DNA of 64,000 nt from positions 57,051 to 121,050 of the forward strand of contig CAZASJ010000001.1 of the NCBI GenBank assembly GCA_964487735.1. Direction: 5' to 3'. A model generated the notes under the pieces. The model saw nothing but the letters and a program-made list of their open reading frames with translations. It searched no databases and was not told the DNA's origin. Positions 28,965 to 38,936 of this stretch are shown piece after piece; the first letter of the stretch is position 1, and every line of letters starts with the position of its first letter. A program made the translations under genes and the position numbers. This DNA is from an uncultured Bacteroidales bacterium (GTDB lineage: Bacteria > Bacteroidota > Bacteroidia > Bacteroidales > B18-G4).

Positions 28965-29035
28965 TGTCAGTCATTCAACTGACATCTCCCCTGAAATTCA
29001 GGGGAGAATATAAGGAACCCTCATGGCAAGCCACG
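28965..29035. repeat. Cluster of three short perfect palindromes
   Basis: TGTCAGTcattcaACTGACA (28965-28984), CTCCCCTGAAaTTCAGGGGAG (28986-29006) and the TGGCAAGCCA core (29024-29033). They lie just downstream of the minus-strand PorP/SprF gene. Confidence 0.7.
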
Positions 29036-29048
29036 AGCTAATAATTGA

Positions 29049-30173
29049 TTAAAATGGAGAGCATTCGATCTGCCGTCCCATTTTATCCATCCTGCTATGA
29101 CGGTATCCGCCACTATTGCTGAACAAGGCCATGTCATCAAGCTCAAAGATCAACGTAAGCTCATGAGATCCACCGGTGGCCTTTGTCAGGTCGGTAAGCT
29201 GAATATCATAACTATATACAAGTTTCATTCTGGTAGCATCGCCAAAATTGGCATTGATTCCGAGCAAAACAATGATGGCATCATTGTTTAGGAACTGGAA
29301 TTCACTGTTTCTGTACCAGGCACCCACATACAATGGATGCTTATACACGTTGATACCAACCGACCATGAATCCATTCCCCCCTGGTTCATATAGATGATG
29401 GCAGGATTGTACTTAAATCCCCTGTCACTACTCATAGATTTACCATCAGATTGTATTTGAAAGTCAATGGTACCCACAAATTTAATGGGAAGTTTCGATT
29501 CAAGGTTAACGAATGATTCATTGGGTTCGAAGAGGTGTAAAACAGCAAAACCAAAGGTTCCTATCACTTCAGATTCTTCACCGGCATCTTGTTTAAAACG
29601 AAATACACCCCCTATGCCAAAATCAGGAAAGCTTACTTTATTATTGCTCGGAGGGGCAAAATCAGATGAATAGATATTTCCATAATTTTCATCAAGCTGA
29701 TCGCTAAAGACCAGACGTGACCAGTCGATGTATTTTTGCACGAAGCTTGCAGAGATACCCAATTGCGATATCACATTGTCCATAATCGGGATCCTTACGG
29801 CCAGGTTTAACCCAAATGAATTCCGTTTGATCAGGCCACCGCCTTCATTTGAAGAATCAAACATAAGGCCAAGTCCACCTGAACCGGGAATACCTCGTGC
29901 GGCAACATCCAGGTTAAAGTTCATTGCCTTAAAATCCTCAGGCATTTTAACCCATTGCCGCCTGTATGCAAACTTTGCACGCATACCCTGTTCCAGGCCT
30001 GTATAAGCCGGATTATAGTATATCGGCAGGTTTGTAAACTGCGAATACTGCTGATCCTGGCCCTTGGCTACAGGAAAAACGAACAGCCATACCATCATCG
30101 ACAGTATCACGATCTTCAGGTTTCTGCCGGCCGGCAGCTCCCTCATCCACAAATACATTTTAGTTGCTTTCAT
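29049..30173 (-). CDS. PorP/SprF family type IX secretion system membrane protein
   Basis: The mature N-terminus QDQQYSQFTNLPIYYNPAYTG is the PorP/SprF signature. It lies 23 nt downstream of the adhesin gene, as in sprB-sprF type pairs. Confidence 0.85.
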   Translation of the reverse strand: MKATKMYLWMRELPAGRNLKIVILSMMVWLFVFPVAKGQDQQYSQFTNLPIYYNPAYTGLEQGMRAKFAYRRQWVKMPEDFKAMNFNLDVAARGIPGSGGLGLMFDSSNEGGGLIKRNSFGLNLAVRIPIMDNVISQLGISASFVQKYIDWSRLVFSDQLDENYGNIYSSDFAPPSNNKVSFPDFGIGGVFRFKQDAGEESEVIGTFGFAVLHLFEPNESFVNLESKLPIKFVGTIDFQIQSDGKSMSSDRGFKYNPAIIYMNQGGMDSWSVGINVYKHPLYVGAWYRNSEFQFLNNDAIIVLLGINANFGDATRMKLVYSYDIQLTDLTKATGGSHELTLIFELDDMALFSNSGGYRHSRMDKMGRQIECSPF

Positions 30174-30196
30174 AGCGATCTATTTTCTGGTCTTAT

Positions 30197-33100
30197 TTAT
30201 CTTACTAATGTTACTGTACCACTTGTAGTACCTGAACTACCCTTATTACTTCCAACATCACTGCCTTCCCAGAAGGTTCCGTCTTTAAACATTCCTCTTG
30301 CCATCCAGATATATACATCAGTAGGAAGGAGGGTTCCGTTAAATGTGCCATCCCATGATTCAACCGGGCGGCCTTGAGAATCAAGTTTACTGCTTTCCCA
30401 TAGCATATTCCCCCAGGTGTCAAATACTGCGATATAATATTCCTGAAGATTCTTTCCTTTTGGTTTAAAGACCTTTACTTCCAGGTCACGACCTGTTGGT
30501 GACAATGCACTTGGGATAAAGAGGGTTTTAAACATAAATTCATAGTCAATAAATGCGGTATCCGGACAACCAAACTCGTTCCAGACTACCAGGCTGACGA
30601 GGTATTCGCCATCCTCTTCATAAATGTGACTTACAGGAGGATAATTATCCCAAAGTTCATACCCGTCGCCAAAGTCCCAGAGATATTCTTCAGCATCCTC
30701 AGAGAAGTCGTCAAGCAAAATGGATCCCTGCATATTATCATAATTATTTGTGATCTCAAATGCTGCTCTTGGCACCCTGTTCACCGTCACATCATAGGAG
30801 GCAGTATCCACGCATCCATTTTCGTTGACCACGATAAGATTTACCGTATTTGATCCCTGATGATCATAGGAATATTCAGGGTTTTGCAAATTCGATGTAT
30901 CACCGCTGTGGAATGGATCATTGAAATTCCAGCTCCATGAGACCACGTCTGCATCAAAGCCATCCGATCTGTCGGTGAAATAGATCGGATCCTTTTCGCA
31001 TGCCAATGAATGCTCAAAATCAGCAGTTGGAAGATGATTTACAATTACCTGCCGGGTGATTGAATCCATACAACCATACTGATTCACTGTTTTAAGATTC
31101 ACATCATAGATACCTCCATACGGATAATTAAACACAGGGTTTTTATATGCTGATGTATCTTCCTGCAATCCGGTTCCAAAAGACCAGTGCCAGGAAGAAA
31201 TATAGTACCCGGGGTGCGGCGTTGAGTCGTAGAAGAAGGATGTATTGCCCAGGCATACGGGTTCGCAGAAGAATTCCGGTTCAGGTGTAGGCCTGATTAT
31301 CACAGTTTGTGTGAATGTATCAGAAACGACAACCGTATTAAACAAAGCACTTACCACCAGCGACACCTCATATTCACCTTCCGTTCTATAAAAATGAGAG
31401 AGAACCTCTGATTTCGTATTATAGATGGTATCATTTCCATCTCCAAAATTCCAATGCCACTGCTCAATGAGAAAATCAACAGTGGAGCTGTCGGCGAAGT
31501 AAATATCATTGCGCTCGCAAGCAGGGCTGTTGATCACGAAAAAGTCGGAACTGATGCATGGACCACGTTCTACCTGCATGGAATCTGTATTTACACATCC
31601 ATTGGCATTTGTAACTCGTAATGTCACCATATAAGTGCCTTCCTCCTCGTAAAAATGAGATGTATTTCCCGGAGGGATCATGATCATCTCAGGTGTTGAT
31701 CCGTCGCCATAATCCCATAGCCAGCGAATCGGATCTGCTCCATTACCAATTGATTGATCGGTAAAGTAAAGCGTACTGTCGCACTGGTAGGTTTCATATT
31801 CAAATAGTGGAGTAGGAAGTTCAAACACCTGTATTTGTTTGTATTCAGTACGATCACATCCATTCATATCGATGGCTGTAAGGCTGACCGTATAATAACC
31901 CGGGCTCATATAGGTGTGTTCCGGCTGTGCCAGCGTAGAGCTGTTGTTAGGCCCAGAAGCAGGTTCGCCAAAATCCCAATCATAAGAGAATATTGTATTC
32001 CCGACCGGCTGCAATACCGTTGCACTGAAGCCCATGGGTTCGTTGTGGCAGGTGGGTATATTATTTATTTCAAACTCAAATCCCGGAGGCACATATACCG
32101 GCCTGGTTTTCTCGTCACTGCAGCCATTGGCATCCGTTACGACCAGGGTCACCATATAGGTTGTATCTGTATTCACAAATACATGGTGCGGATCGGGAAT
32201 GTACGCATAGGATCCGGGCTCGAAATAATATTCCCATTCAATGATCACTGATTGTGTGGTAAAGGAAGAATCGCTAAAATAAACCAGTCCGGGATCACAG
32301 GCTTGGGGATTGAACGTAAAGTTTGCGGCCGGACTGCTCGACACCGATACCGGTAACATGATGGAGTCGCGGCAACCATAGTTGGTAGTAATGATAAGCT
32401 GTACATCATACATGCTTTGTCCACTGAAAACATGGATCGGATGTTGCAGGCTTGAAGTATTGTTTACACCTGAAGCAGGATCGCCGAAATTCCATTCCCA
32501 GCCTATGATCAAATCACCATTGATTGTATACGATATGTCCATAAAATAGGTAGTATCGTTGGCACAAGCTGCCTCATAATCAAAAATTGCAATCGGATTG
32601 GATCTGACTTCCACGTCGTGAATGGCTGCATTGGAACATCCCGAAGTATCCGTAATTATAAGTGTAACTGTATAAAACCCTGCATTGTCGTACATATGCT
32701 CAGGATTCATCAGATTGGAGTGTAGGCTTCCATCGCCAAAATCCCAGTCGTAAAGAATGATGGCTGCAGTATCCGTAACAGAAAGGTCAAGGAAAAACTG
32801 TGTAAAGAGATTCTGACATGTATCCTGTGAATAAAAATCGACAGGAGCACCATCACTAACATTGACCTGCTGAATAATTGAATCCAAACACCCGCTTACA
32901 TTCTCTATTGTAAGGCTTACATTATACATCCCGGGATTGGTATATAAATGCAGCGGATTCTGTAATGTTGAAGTATTGTTTACACCTGATGCCGGATCAC
33001 CAAAGTCCCAATTCCAGGAAACAATGGTAAGGCCGCCACCGGGGCTTGAATTATCGTAAAACTGGGTCGGAGAACCATCACAGGCACCTTCATAATTAAA

Positions 33101-36100
33101 CAATGAAATCGGAGCAGGATCAATTACAACCAATTCTGTCCCTGTGTCAACACAGGAATCTGCACTGACCACATCAAGTCTAACCAGAAAAGATCCATCA
33201 AAACCATAGCTGTGCGAAACATCCGGATCGTCAGGAAAATAGATTGTGGTATCTGTCCCATCGCCAAAATCCCAGTGCCATTCAACTATATAACTGCTTG
33301 GCACAGATGAAAGGTCGTCAAAGAAAACAGGATTCCCCTGGCAGGTGATCTCCGATACATCGAAAAAAGAAAGGGGTTTGGCATTGACAAAGATCTCTTC
33401 CGTATGGCTATTGGTACATACTCCGGTATCCAGGACCATAAGTGTTACGTCATAATATCCGCTATTCTCGTAAAGATGCGCCGGATTTGATTCTGTTGAA
33501 TATTGTCCATCACCAAAATCCCATAGCCAGTTATCAATAGTGGCAGGGTTCATGGCCGGATCGGGAGTAAAATAAGTAAGGGTATCTTCACATGGATTAT
33601 CCCATATGAATGCCACATCAGGAGATTCGTTCACATTAACTGCTTTAATGATGGTATCCCTGCAATCGTTGAAATTGGTCACGATGAGCCTGACATAGAA
33701 AATACCTCCTTCACTGAAAATATGCAAAGGATTTTGCAGGAGTGATGTGTTATTGATCCCCGATAATGGATCATCAAACTCCCATTCCCATGTAATGATG
33801 TTTCCCTGCCCATTGGCAAAGGAGTTATCGGTGAATTGAACCTCTTCGTCCTGACATGGATTCGCCGACCAATGGAAGTTGGCAATCGGTTTCCCATCCA
33901 CAGTAACATTGCGTGTATAGGAATGTGTACATCCCTGGGAATTGATCACGCTGAGTGTTGCGCCATAGGTGCCTGGATTGGCATAAATGTGATAGACGTT
34001 TGGATCATCCGGAAAATGAATGCTGTCCAGAACTGTGCCATCGTCGAAATCCCATACCCATGTTTGAATATACCCCCAGGTTGTGGAGGAGAGATCGTCA
34101 AAGAAAACGCTGTCGCCGCTGCATGTAGGTTCCGAAATGTCGAAAAAAGCAATCGGAGGATCATCCACATTAATTTCTTTTGTAATCGTATTCTGACAGA
34201 GGGTGGTATCTGTAATTGTCAGGCTCACGAAATAGCTTCCTGAACCGCTAAAAAGGTGAACAGGGTCCTGGAGGTTCGAAAAACCGCCATCACCAAAATC
34301 CCAGAGGAAAGATACCACGGCAGAAAGGTCCACAACTGTTCCATCTGTATAAAACTGGGTTAGTTGTCCCTCGCATGCGGGATCATAATAATAATCCACA
34401 GCAGGAGCTGCATGAACATCTACTATTTTTATGATGGTGTCTGTACAGGTGTTTCCATTCCATACGATCAGGGAAACATTGTACATCCCCGGCCCACTGA
34501 AGAGGTGTCCGGGGTTCTGGAGTGTGGAATTATTGGCAGCACCGGATAGAGGATCATTGAAATCCCACCACCAGCTTATGATGGCTGTACCGCCATTCAA
34601 TGTAGTGGCATCGGTAAATTGGGTAAGCATGTCTTCACAATTCCCAACGAAAGTGAAATTTGCTGCAGGCTTTGGTACGATATTCAATTGTTTTGTAATA
34701 GAGGCCTCGCAGCCTGTAGAACTGCTTACAGTCAGTGTAACAAACTTTGGGCCCGGGGCTGAATATATATGTACAGTATTGGGGTTTGAGGGTGCATATA
34801 TTGTATCATAAACTCCATCACCATAATTCCATACCCACATATCAATGGGCTCTCCCACCGGGAGTGAAAGATCCACAAAAAGAACAGGATCGCCTATGCA
34901 ATGCTGGTTCACAAATGAGAAGTTGGCAATTGGCAGTGGCTCAACCCAGATTTCCTGAATTGAAGTATGCTCACAGCCATTGATGTCTGTCACTGTCAGG
35001 CTTACAAAATAGGAACCTTCAGCCGTGAAAGCATGCGAAGGATGCTGCAGAAAGGAAAAATTATTTCCACCTGATGCAGGATCGCCAAAGTCCCAGTCCC
35101 AGCTAAGCAATTGTGCTGCAGGGCTTGACCAATCAGTGAATGTAGTTGCATCACCGGTACAAACGGTATCAGCACTAAACAATGCTACGGGATTTATATT
35201 CACCGTAACAGAATCAGCATACGTATCTCCGCAACCATTTTGATCTATTACCGAAAGCATTACATAATAAGTCCCGGCTGCGGTATACAGGTGCACAGGG
35301 TTCTGGCTTGTACTCGAATTGCCGTCACCAAAGTCCCAGGCCCAGCTTACAATAGGATCGGGATTGGGAATCGATTGGTCAATAAATACCGTGGGTGCGC
35401 CTTCGCATGCTGTGTTTGCCGAAAAATCTGCAATCGGAGGCATGTAAACACTTACCACTTTTGACACAGATGAATAGCAGTCATTTGTATCCGTTACAGT
35501 AAGGCTAACATTATAATTTCCTGGAAGGATAAAATAGTTGGACGGGAACTGGGCTGTGGAAGTATTCCCATTGCCAAAATCCCACAACCAGGAATTCAAT
35601 TGTCCGGGCCCCGGAAGGGAAGAAAGATCATTAAAATAGCTTGTATCACCCCAACATGTTGCGCTAAAATCAAAATCAGCCACCGGCGGGAAAAATACGC
35701 TCACCATCTGCATGGTTGTTGACAAGCAACCCGACTGGGTTGTAACATCCAGGCTTACAAACATAAGCCCTCCTCCTGCATAGCTATGCAGGGGGTTTTG
35801 TGAAGTGGAGTTATTGCCATCTCCAAAGTCCCAGAACCATGAAATAACAGGATCGCCCGGACTTGTTGAAATATCCGTGAATTGCATTGGTAGGTTTGCA
35901 CAGGCAGTATCCCAGATGAAATCAGCTATGGGGAGGGCGCCGGCAGAGATATCCTGGAAGACAGAATCATAACATCCGGAAGTGTCGTAAGCATACAGAT
36001 ATACGGTATATATGCCAGCAGAAGGGAAAATATGCACAGGGTCAGTGGCTGTACTTGTATTTCCATCACCGAAATCCCATAAATAGGATGCTAATTGCCC

Positions 36101-36271
36101 CGTAGGGGCAGTCGATGTATTTGTAAAACTAACTTCAAAATCTGCCATACATGTATTGGCAGAATTGTATGCCGGAATTGCCGGACACTGACCATTTGAT
36201 TGTCCCGATATGAATACCAGGAATATGGCCGGCAATAGATGGATTAGCAATTGAGTGTACCTTTTTGCCAT
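30197..36271 (-). CDS. Giant cell-surface PKD-repeat adhesin with a T9SS type B (gliding-motility-associated) C-terminal domain
   Basis: 2024 aa with a signal peptide. There are 22 units of about 85-90 aa, each carrying a W(D/N)FGDG-type PKD signature. The C-terminal LFIPSALSPTGRD...AVFDTWGNMLWES...WDGTFNGTLLPTDVYIW matches the type B sorting domain. Confidence 0.9.
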   Translation of the reverse strand: MAKRYTQLLIHLLPAIFLVFISGQSNGQCPAIPAYNSANTCMADFEVSFTNTSTAPTGQLASYLWDFGDGNTSTATDPVHIFPSAGIYTVYLYAYDTSGCYDSVFQDISAGALPIADFIWDTACANLPMQFTDISTSPGDPVISWFWDFGDGNNSTSQNPLHSYAGGGLMFVSLDVTTQSGCLSTTMQMVSVFFPPVADFDFSATCWGDTSYFNDLSSLPGPGQLNSWLWDFGNGNTSTAQFPSNYFILPGNYNVSLTVTDTNDCYSSVSKVVSVYMPPIADFSANTACEGAPTVFIDQSIPNPDPIVSWAWDFGDGNSSTSQNPVHLYTAAGTYYVMLSVIDQNGCGDTYADSVTVNINPVALFSADTVCTGDATTFTDWSSPAAQLLSWDWDFGDPASGGNNFSFLQHPSHAFTAEGSYFVSLTVTDINGCEHTSIQEIWVEPLPIANFSFVNQHCIGDPVLFVDLSLPVGEPIDMWVWNYGDGVYDTIYAPSNPNTVHIYSAPGPKFVTLTVSSSTGCEASITKQLNIVPKPAANFTFVGNCEDMLTQFTDATTLNGGTAIISWWWDFNDPLSGAANNSTLQNPGHLFSGPGMYNVSLIVWNGNTCTDTIIKIVDVHAAPAVDYYYDPACEGQLTQFYTDGTVVDLSAVVSFLWDFGDGGFSNLQDPVHLFSGSGSYFVSLTITDTTLCQNTITKEINVDDPPIAFFDISEPTCSGDSVFFDDLSSTTWGYIQTWVWDFDDGTVLDSIHFPDDPNVYHIYANPGTYGATLSVINSQGCTHSYTRNVTVDGKPIANFHWSANPCQDEEVQFTDNSFANGQGNIITWEWEFDDPLSGINNTSLLQNPLHIFSEGGIFYVRLIVTNFNDCRDTIIKAVNVNESPDVAFIWDNPCEDTLTYFTPDPAMNPATIDNWLWDFGDGQYSTESNPAHLYENSGYYDVTLMVLDTGVCTNSHTEEIFVNAKPLSFFDVSEITCQGNPVFFDDLSSVPSSYIVEWHWDFGDGTDTTIYFPDDPDVSHSYGFDGSFLVRLDVVSADSCVDTGTELVVIDPAPISLFNYEGACDGSPTQFYDNSSPGGGLTIVSWNWDFGDPASGVNNTSTLQNPLHLYTNPGMYNVSLTIENVSGCLDSIIQQVNVSDGAPVDFYSQDTCQNLFTQFFLDLSVTDTAAIILYDWDFGDGSLHSNLMNPEHMYDNAGFYTVTLIITDTSGCSNAAIHDVEVRSNPIAIFDYEAACANDTTYFMDISYTINGDLIIGWEWNFGDPASGVNNTSSLQHPIHVFSGQSMYDVQLIITTNYGCRDSIMLPVSVSSSPAANFTFNPQACDPGLVYFSDSSFTTQSVIIEWEYYFEPGSYAYIPDPHHVFVNTDTTYMVTLVVTDANGCSDEKTRPVYVPPGFEFEINNIPTCHNEPMGFSATVLQPVGNTIFSYDWDFGEPASGPNNSSTLAQPEHTYMSPGYYTVSLTAIDMNGCDRTEYKQIQVFELPTPLFEYETYQCDSTLYFTDQSIGNGADPIRWLWDYGDGSTPEMIMIPPGNTSHFYEEEGTYMVTLRVTNANGCVNTDSMQVERGPCISSDFFVINSPACERNDIYFADSSTVDFLIEQWHWNFGDGNDTIYNTKSEVLSHFYRTEGEYEVSLVVSALFNTVVVSDTFTQTVIIRPTPEPEFFCEPVCLGNTSFFYDSTPHPGYYISSWHWSFGTGLQEDTSAYKNPVFNYPYGGIYDVNLKTVNQYGCMDSITRQVIVNHLPTADFEHSLACEKDPIYFTDRSDGFDADVVSWSWNFNDPFHSGDTSNLQNPEYSYDHQGSNTVNLIVVNENGCVDTASYDVTVNRVPRAAFEITNNYDNMQGSILLDDFSEDAEEYLWDFGDGYELWDNYPPVSHIYEEDGEYLVSLVVWNEFGCPDTAFIDYEFMFKTLFIPSALSPTGRDLEVKVFKPKGKNLQEYYIAVFDTWGNMLWESSKLDSQGRPVESWDGTFNGTLLPTDVYIWMARGMFKDGTFWEGSDVGSNKGSSGTTSGTVTLVR

Positions 36272-37038
36272 TGAAGATCTGGTTTTATTTATTAACGCCT
36301 TAAATGTCAGTTACAACAAATATGTTTCTGTATACGAAAAATTACCGGTCAAGTTTCCGTAATAACTGCTGTAATCCAGATTTGGGTGGTCGAAAATCGA
36401 ATTTAAAAGGATGGGTTCAGAAATGAAATTTAGGTTAAAAGCTGTCTGAAACAAACAAAAGGCCCTAAATTTTTAATGCATTTTCATAATATATACTTTT
36501 TCTAAATAAGCCGGACATGCCTGACTCCCTAGCAAAAGCGTGTATTTGCCTAGGTATCAACAAATAACTGGACAGTATTTATATGCATAACTCTATGATA
36601 TGTTCGGTGCTTCAAAAAAAACAGGGGTTGGCATTATTTTCAAGGCCATGAAAAAATTTCAGAAAAAAGCGCAAAACAATTGGGGAATAGAACATTAGCT
36701 AAAAGTATTTTCACTTATTCGGCATTTATGTAAATCACTTAACGGGACTACGGGAAAAAGCCGGGCTAAACAAGCAATTTGTTTTTTTTATAAAATTTCA
36801 CAGCCCCATATTTGTATCCTTCATACCTGAATATATATTCGCTCTGAATATCGAAGGTTGAATTCGGCATTTTACAAATTGCGAATGCCGGAGTAGAAAA
36901 AACACAGAAAAGGAAGAATGAAGAAGATGCGGCTGCTTCCATTATTTAGTCATAACGAGCGGAAGTCGACGGGCTTAAAACGTAACACTCACTGTGTCGC
37001 TGAAGCGTAGCGAAGGTTGAAAACCCAATAAATTAGCC

Positions 37039-37046
37039 TATTTTTG
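37039..37046 (+). promoter_or_regulatory. Candidate -7 box (TAttTTTG) for typA
   Basis: Exact TAnnTTTG match 26 nt upstream of the ATG at 37072. Confidence 0.35.
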
Positions 37047-37071
37047 CAGGCCAATTCATATAAGGAACATA

Positions 37072-38877
37072 ATGGAAATAAGAAATATAGCAATTATTGC
37101 GCATGTTGACCACGGCAAAACAACCATGGTTGACAGGATATTGCATCAGGTTAAATTATTCAGGGACAATCAGGAAATACAGGAGTTGATCCTGGATTCG
37201 AACGACCTTGAAAGGGAAAGAGGCATTACCATTTTATCAAAGAATGTATCTGTTCGCTATAAAGACACAAAAATCAACATTATCGATACTCCGGGTCACT
37301 CCGATTTTGGGGGTGAAGTGGAGCGTGTGCTGAATATGGCCGACGGCGTTCTTTTGCTTGTGGATGCCTTTGAAGGCCCCATGCCACAAACACGTTTCGT
37401 ACTACAAAAAGCACTTGAGCTTGGTTTGAAGCCCATCGTGGTCATAAATAAAGTTGATAAGCCAAATTGCAAACCAGAAGAAGTAAATGAAGCCGTTTTT
37501 GAGCTGATGTTCTCCCTGGAAGGGACCGATGCACAGCTGAGTTTCCCCACAGTGTATGGTTCATCCAAGCAGGGCTGGATGGGTCCTGACTGGCAAAATC
37601 CCACACAGGATGTAACCTATCTGCTCGACACCATCATTGACTATATTGATCCTCCTAAAAAAATTCCAGGAACACTTCAATTGCAAATCAGCTCACTTGA
37701 TTACTCATCTTACACGGGCCGGATCGCTGTTGGCAGGGTACATCGCGGCAGCATCAAAATGGGTGACAAGGTATCCATTGTACAACGAAATGGCCTCATC
37801 AATACCTCTGTTGTGAAGGAACTTTACCTTTTCGAAGGTCTTGGAAAAGAAAAAACAAAGGAAGAAATAAAATCAGGAGAGATCGTGGCTATCACCGGCC
37901 TGGAAAATTTTGATATTGGTGACACAGTTGCTGATTTTGAAACACCCGAAGCCCTGATCCCGATTGCTGTAGATGAACCTACAATGAGCATGCTCTTTAC
38001 CATTAACAACTCACCGTTTTTTGGAAAGGAAGGAAAGTATGTTACCTCCAGGCATCTTCGCGACAGGCTATTTAAAGAAACAGAGAAAAACCTGGCATTG
38101 AGAGTAGAAGATACAGACTCTCCCGACAGACTTCATGTATACGGCAGAGGTATTCTTCATTTATCCATCCTCGTAGAAACGATGAGAAGGGAAGGCTATG
38201 AGCTTCAGTTGGGACAGCCCAAGGTTGTGATCAAGGAAATTGACGGCTTCAAGAATGAGCCGATTGAGCTTTTATATGTAAATGTTTCAGAAGAATTTTC
38301 AGGCAAGGTGATTGAGATCGTTACAAAGCGCAAAGGCGACATCCTGAACATTGAGAAAAAGAATGACCGCATTAACCTCGAATTCAAGATCTCCGCAAGA
38401 GGGCTTATCGGTCTGACCAATCCCATTCTTACCGCCACCGAAGGTGAAGCTGTGGTTTCGCATCGGTTTAAAGGCTACGAACCCTGGAAGGGAACGATTC
38501 AGGCCAAAAGAAACGGAGCTCTGATCGCCCTGGAAACAGGAACATCCATTGCATATTCATTGGATAAATTACAAGACAGGGGCAAGTTTTTCATCAACCC
38601 CAATGAGGATATCTATGCCGGCCAGGTGATTGGTGAAAGTACGCGTTATGACGACCTGGTGATCAATGTGATCAAAACCAAGAAGCTGTCGAATATGCGC
38701 GCTTCCGGATCGGATGAAAAGATGTCGATTGCACCGGCCATCAAGTTTTCGCTTGAAGAGGCCATGGAGTACATCGGAGAGGATGAATATGTTGAAGTCA
38801 CCCCAAAATCCATCCGCATCAGGAAGATCCTTTTAAATGAGCTTGACCGGAAGCGGAAGAAGAAGACGGAAGGGTAG
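37072..38877 (+). CDS. typA: Translational GTPase TypA/BipA
   Basis: 601 aa with G motifs AHVDHGKTT, DTPGH and NKVD. It has EF-G-like domain order without domain IV and conserved VGRVHRGSIK. Confidence 0.97.
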   Translation: MEIRNIAIIAHVDHGKTTMVDRILHQVKLFRDNQEIQELILDSNDLERERGITILSKNVSVRYKDTKINIIDTPGHSDFGGEVERVLNMADGVLLLVDAFEGPMPQTRFVLQKALELGLKPIVVINKVDKPNCKPEEVNEAVFELMFSLEGTDAQLSFPTVYGSSKQGWMGPDWQNPTQDVTYLLDTIIDYIDPPKKIPGTLQLQISSLDYSSYTGRIAVGRVHRGSIKMGDKVSIVQRNGLINTSVVKELYLFEGLGKEKTKEEIKSGEIVAITGLENFDIGDTVADFETPEALIPIAVDEPTMSMLFTINNSPFFGKEGKYVTSRHLRDRLFKETEKNLALRVEDTDSPDRLHVYGRGILHLSILVETMRREGYELQLGQPKVVIKEIDGFKNEPIELLYVNVSEEFSGKVIEIVTKRKGDILNIEKKNDRINLEFKISARGLIGLTNPILTATEGEAVVSHRFKGYEPWKGTIQAKRNGALIALETGTSIAYSLDKLQDRGKFFINPNEDIYAGQVIGESTRYDDLVINVIKTKKLSNMRASGSDEKMSIAPAIKFSLEEAMEYIGEDEYVEVTPKSIRIRKILLNELDRKRKKKTEG

Positions 38878-38936
38878 AGATTTGAGGGTTCCACCTTCGT
38901 TAAAACTACGGTGGACGCTGTGAGGGTTGAGTTTTA
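38878..38936. repeat. Repeat words downstream of typA (GATTTGAGGGTT, CCACC-N14-GGTGG, GTGAGGGTTGAGTTTT)
   Basis: Shares G/T words with 15673-15781 and the 24-nt hairpin word (38891-38914) with 41958-41981. Confidence 0.7.

Noticed and set aside
31835-35464. Several 60-140-aa plus-strand ORFs inside the adhesin gene.
   Set aside because: All are antisense to the continuous 2024-aa PKD reading frame. They are repetitive because the template is repetitive.
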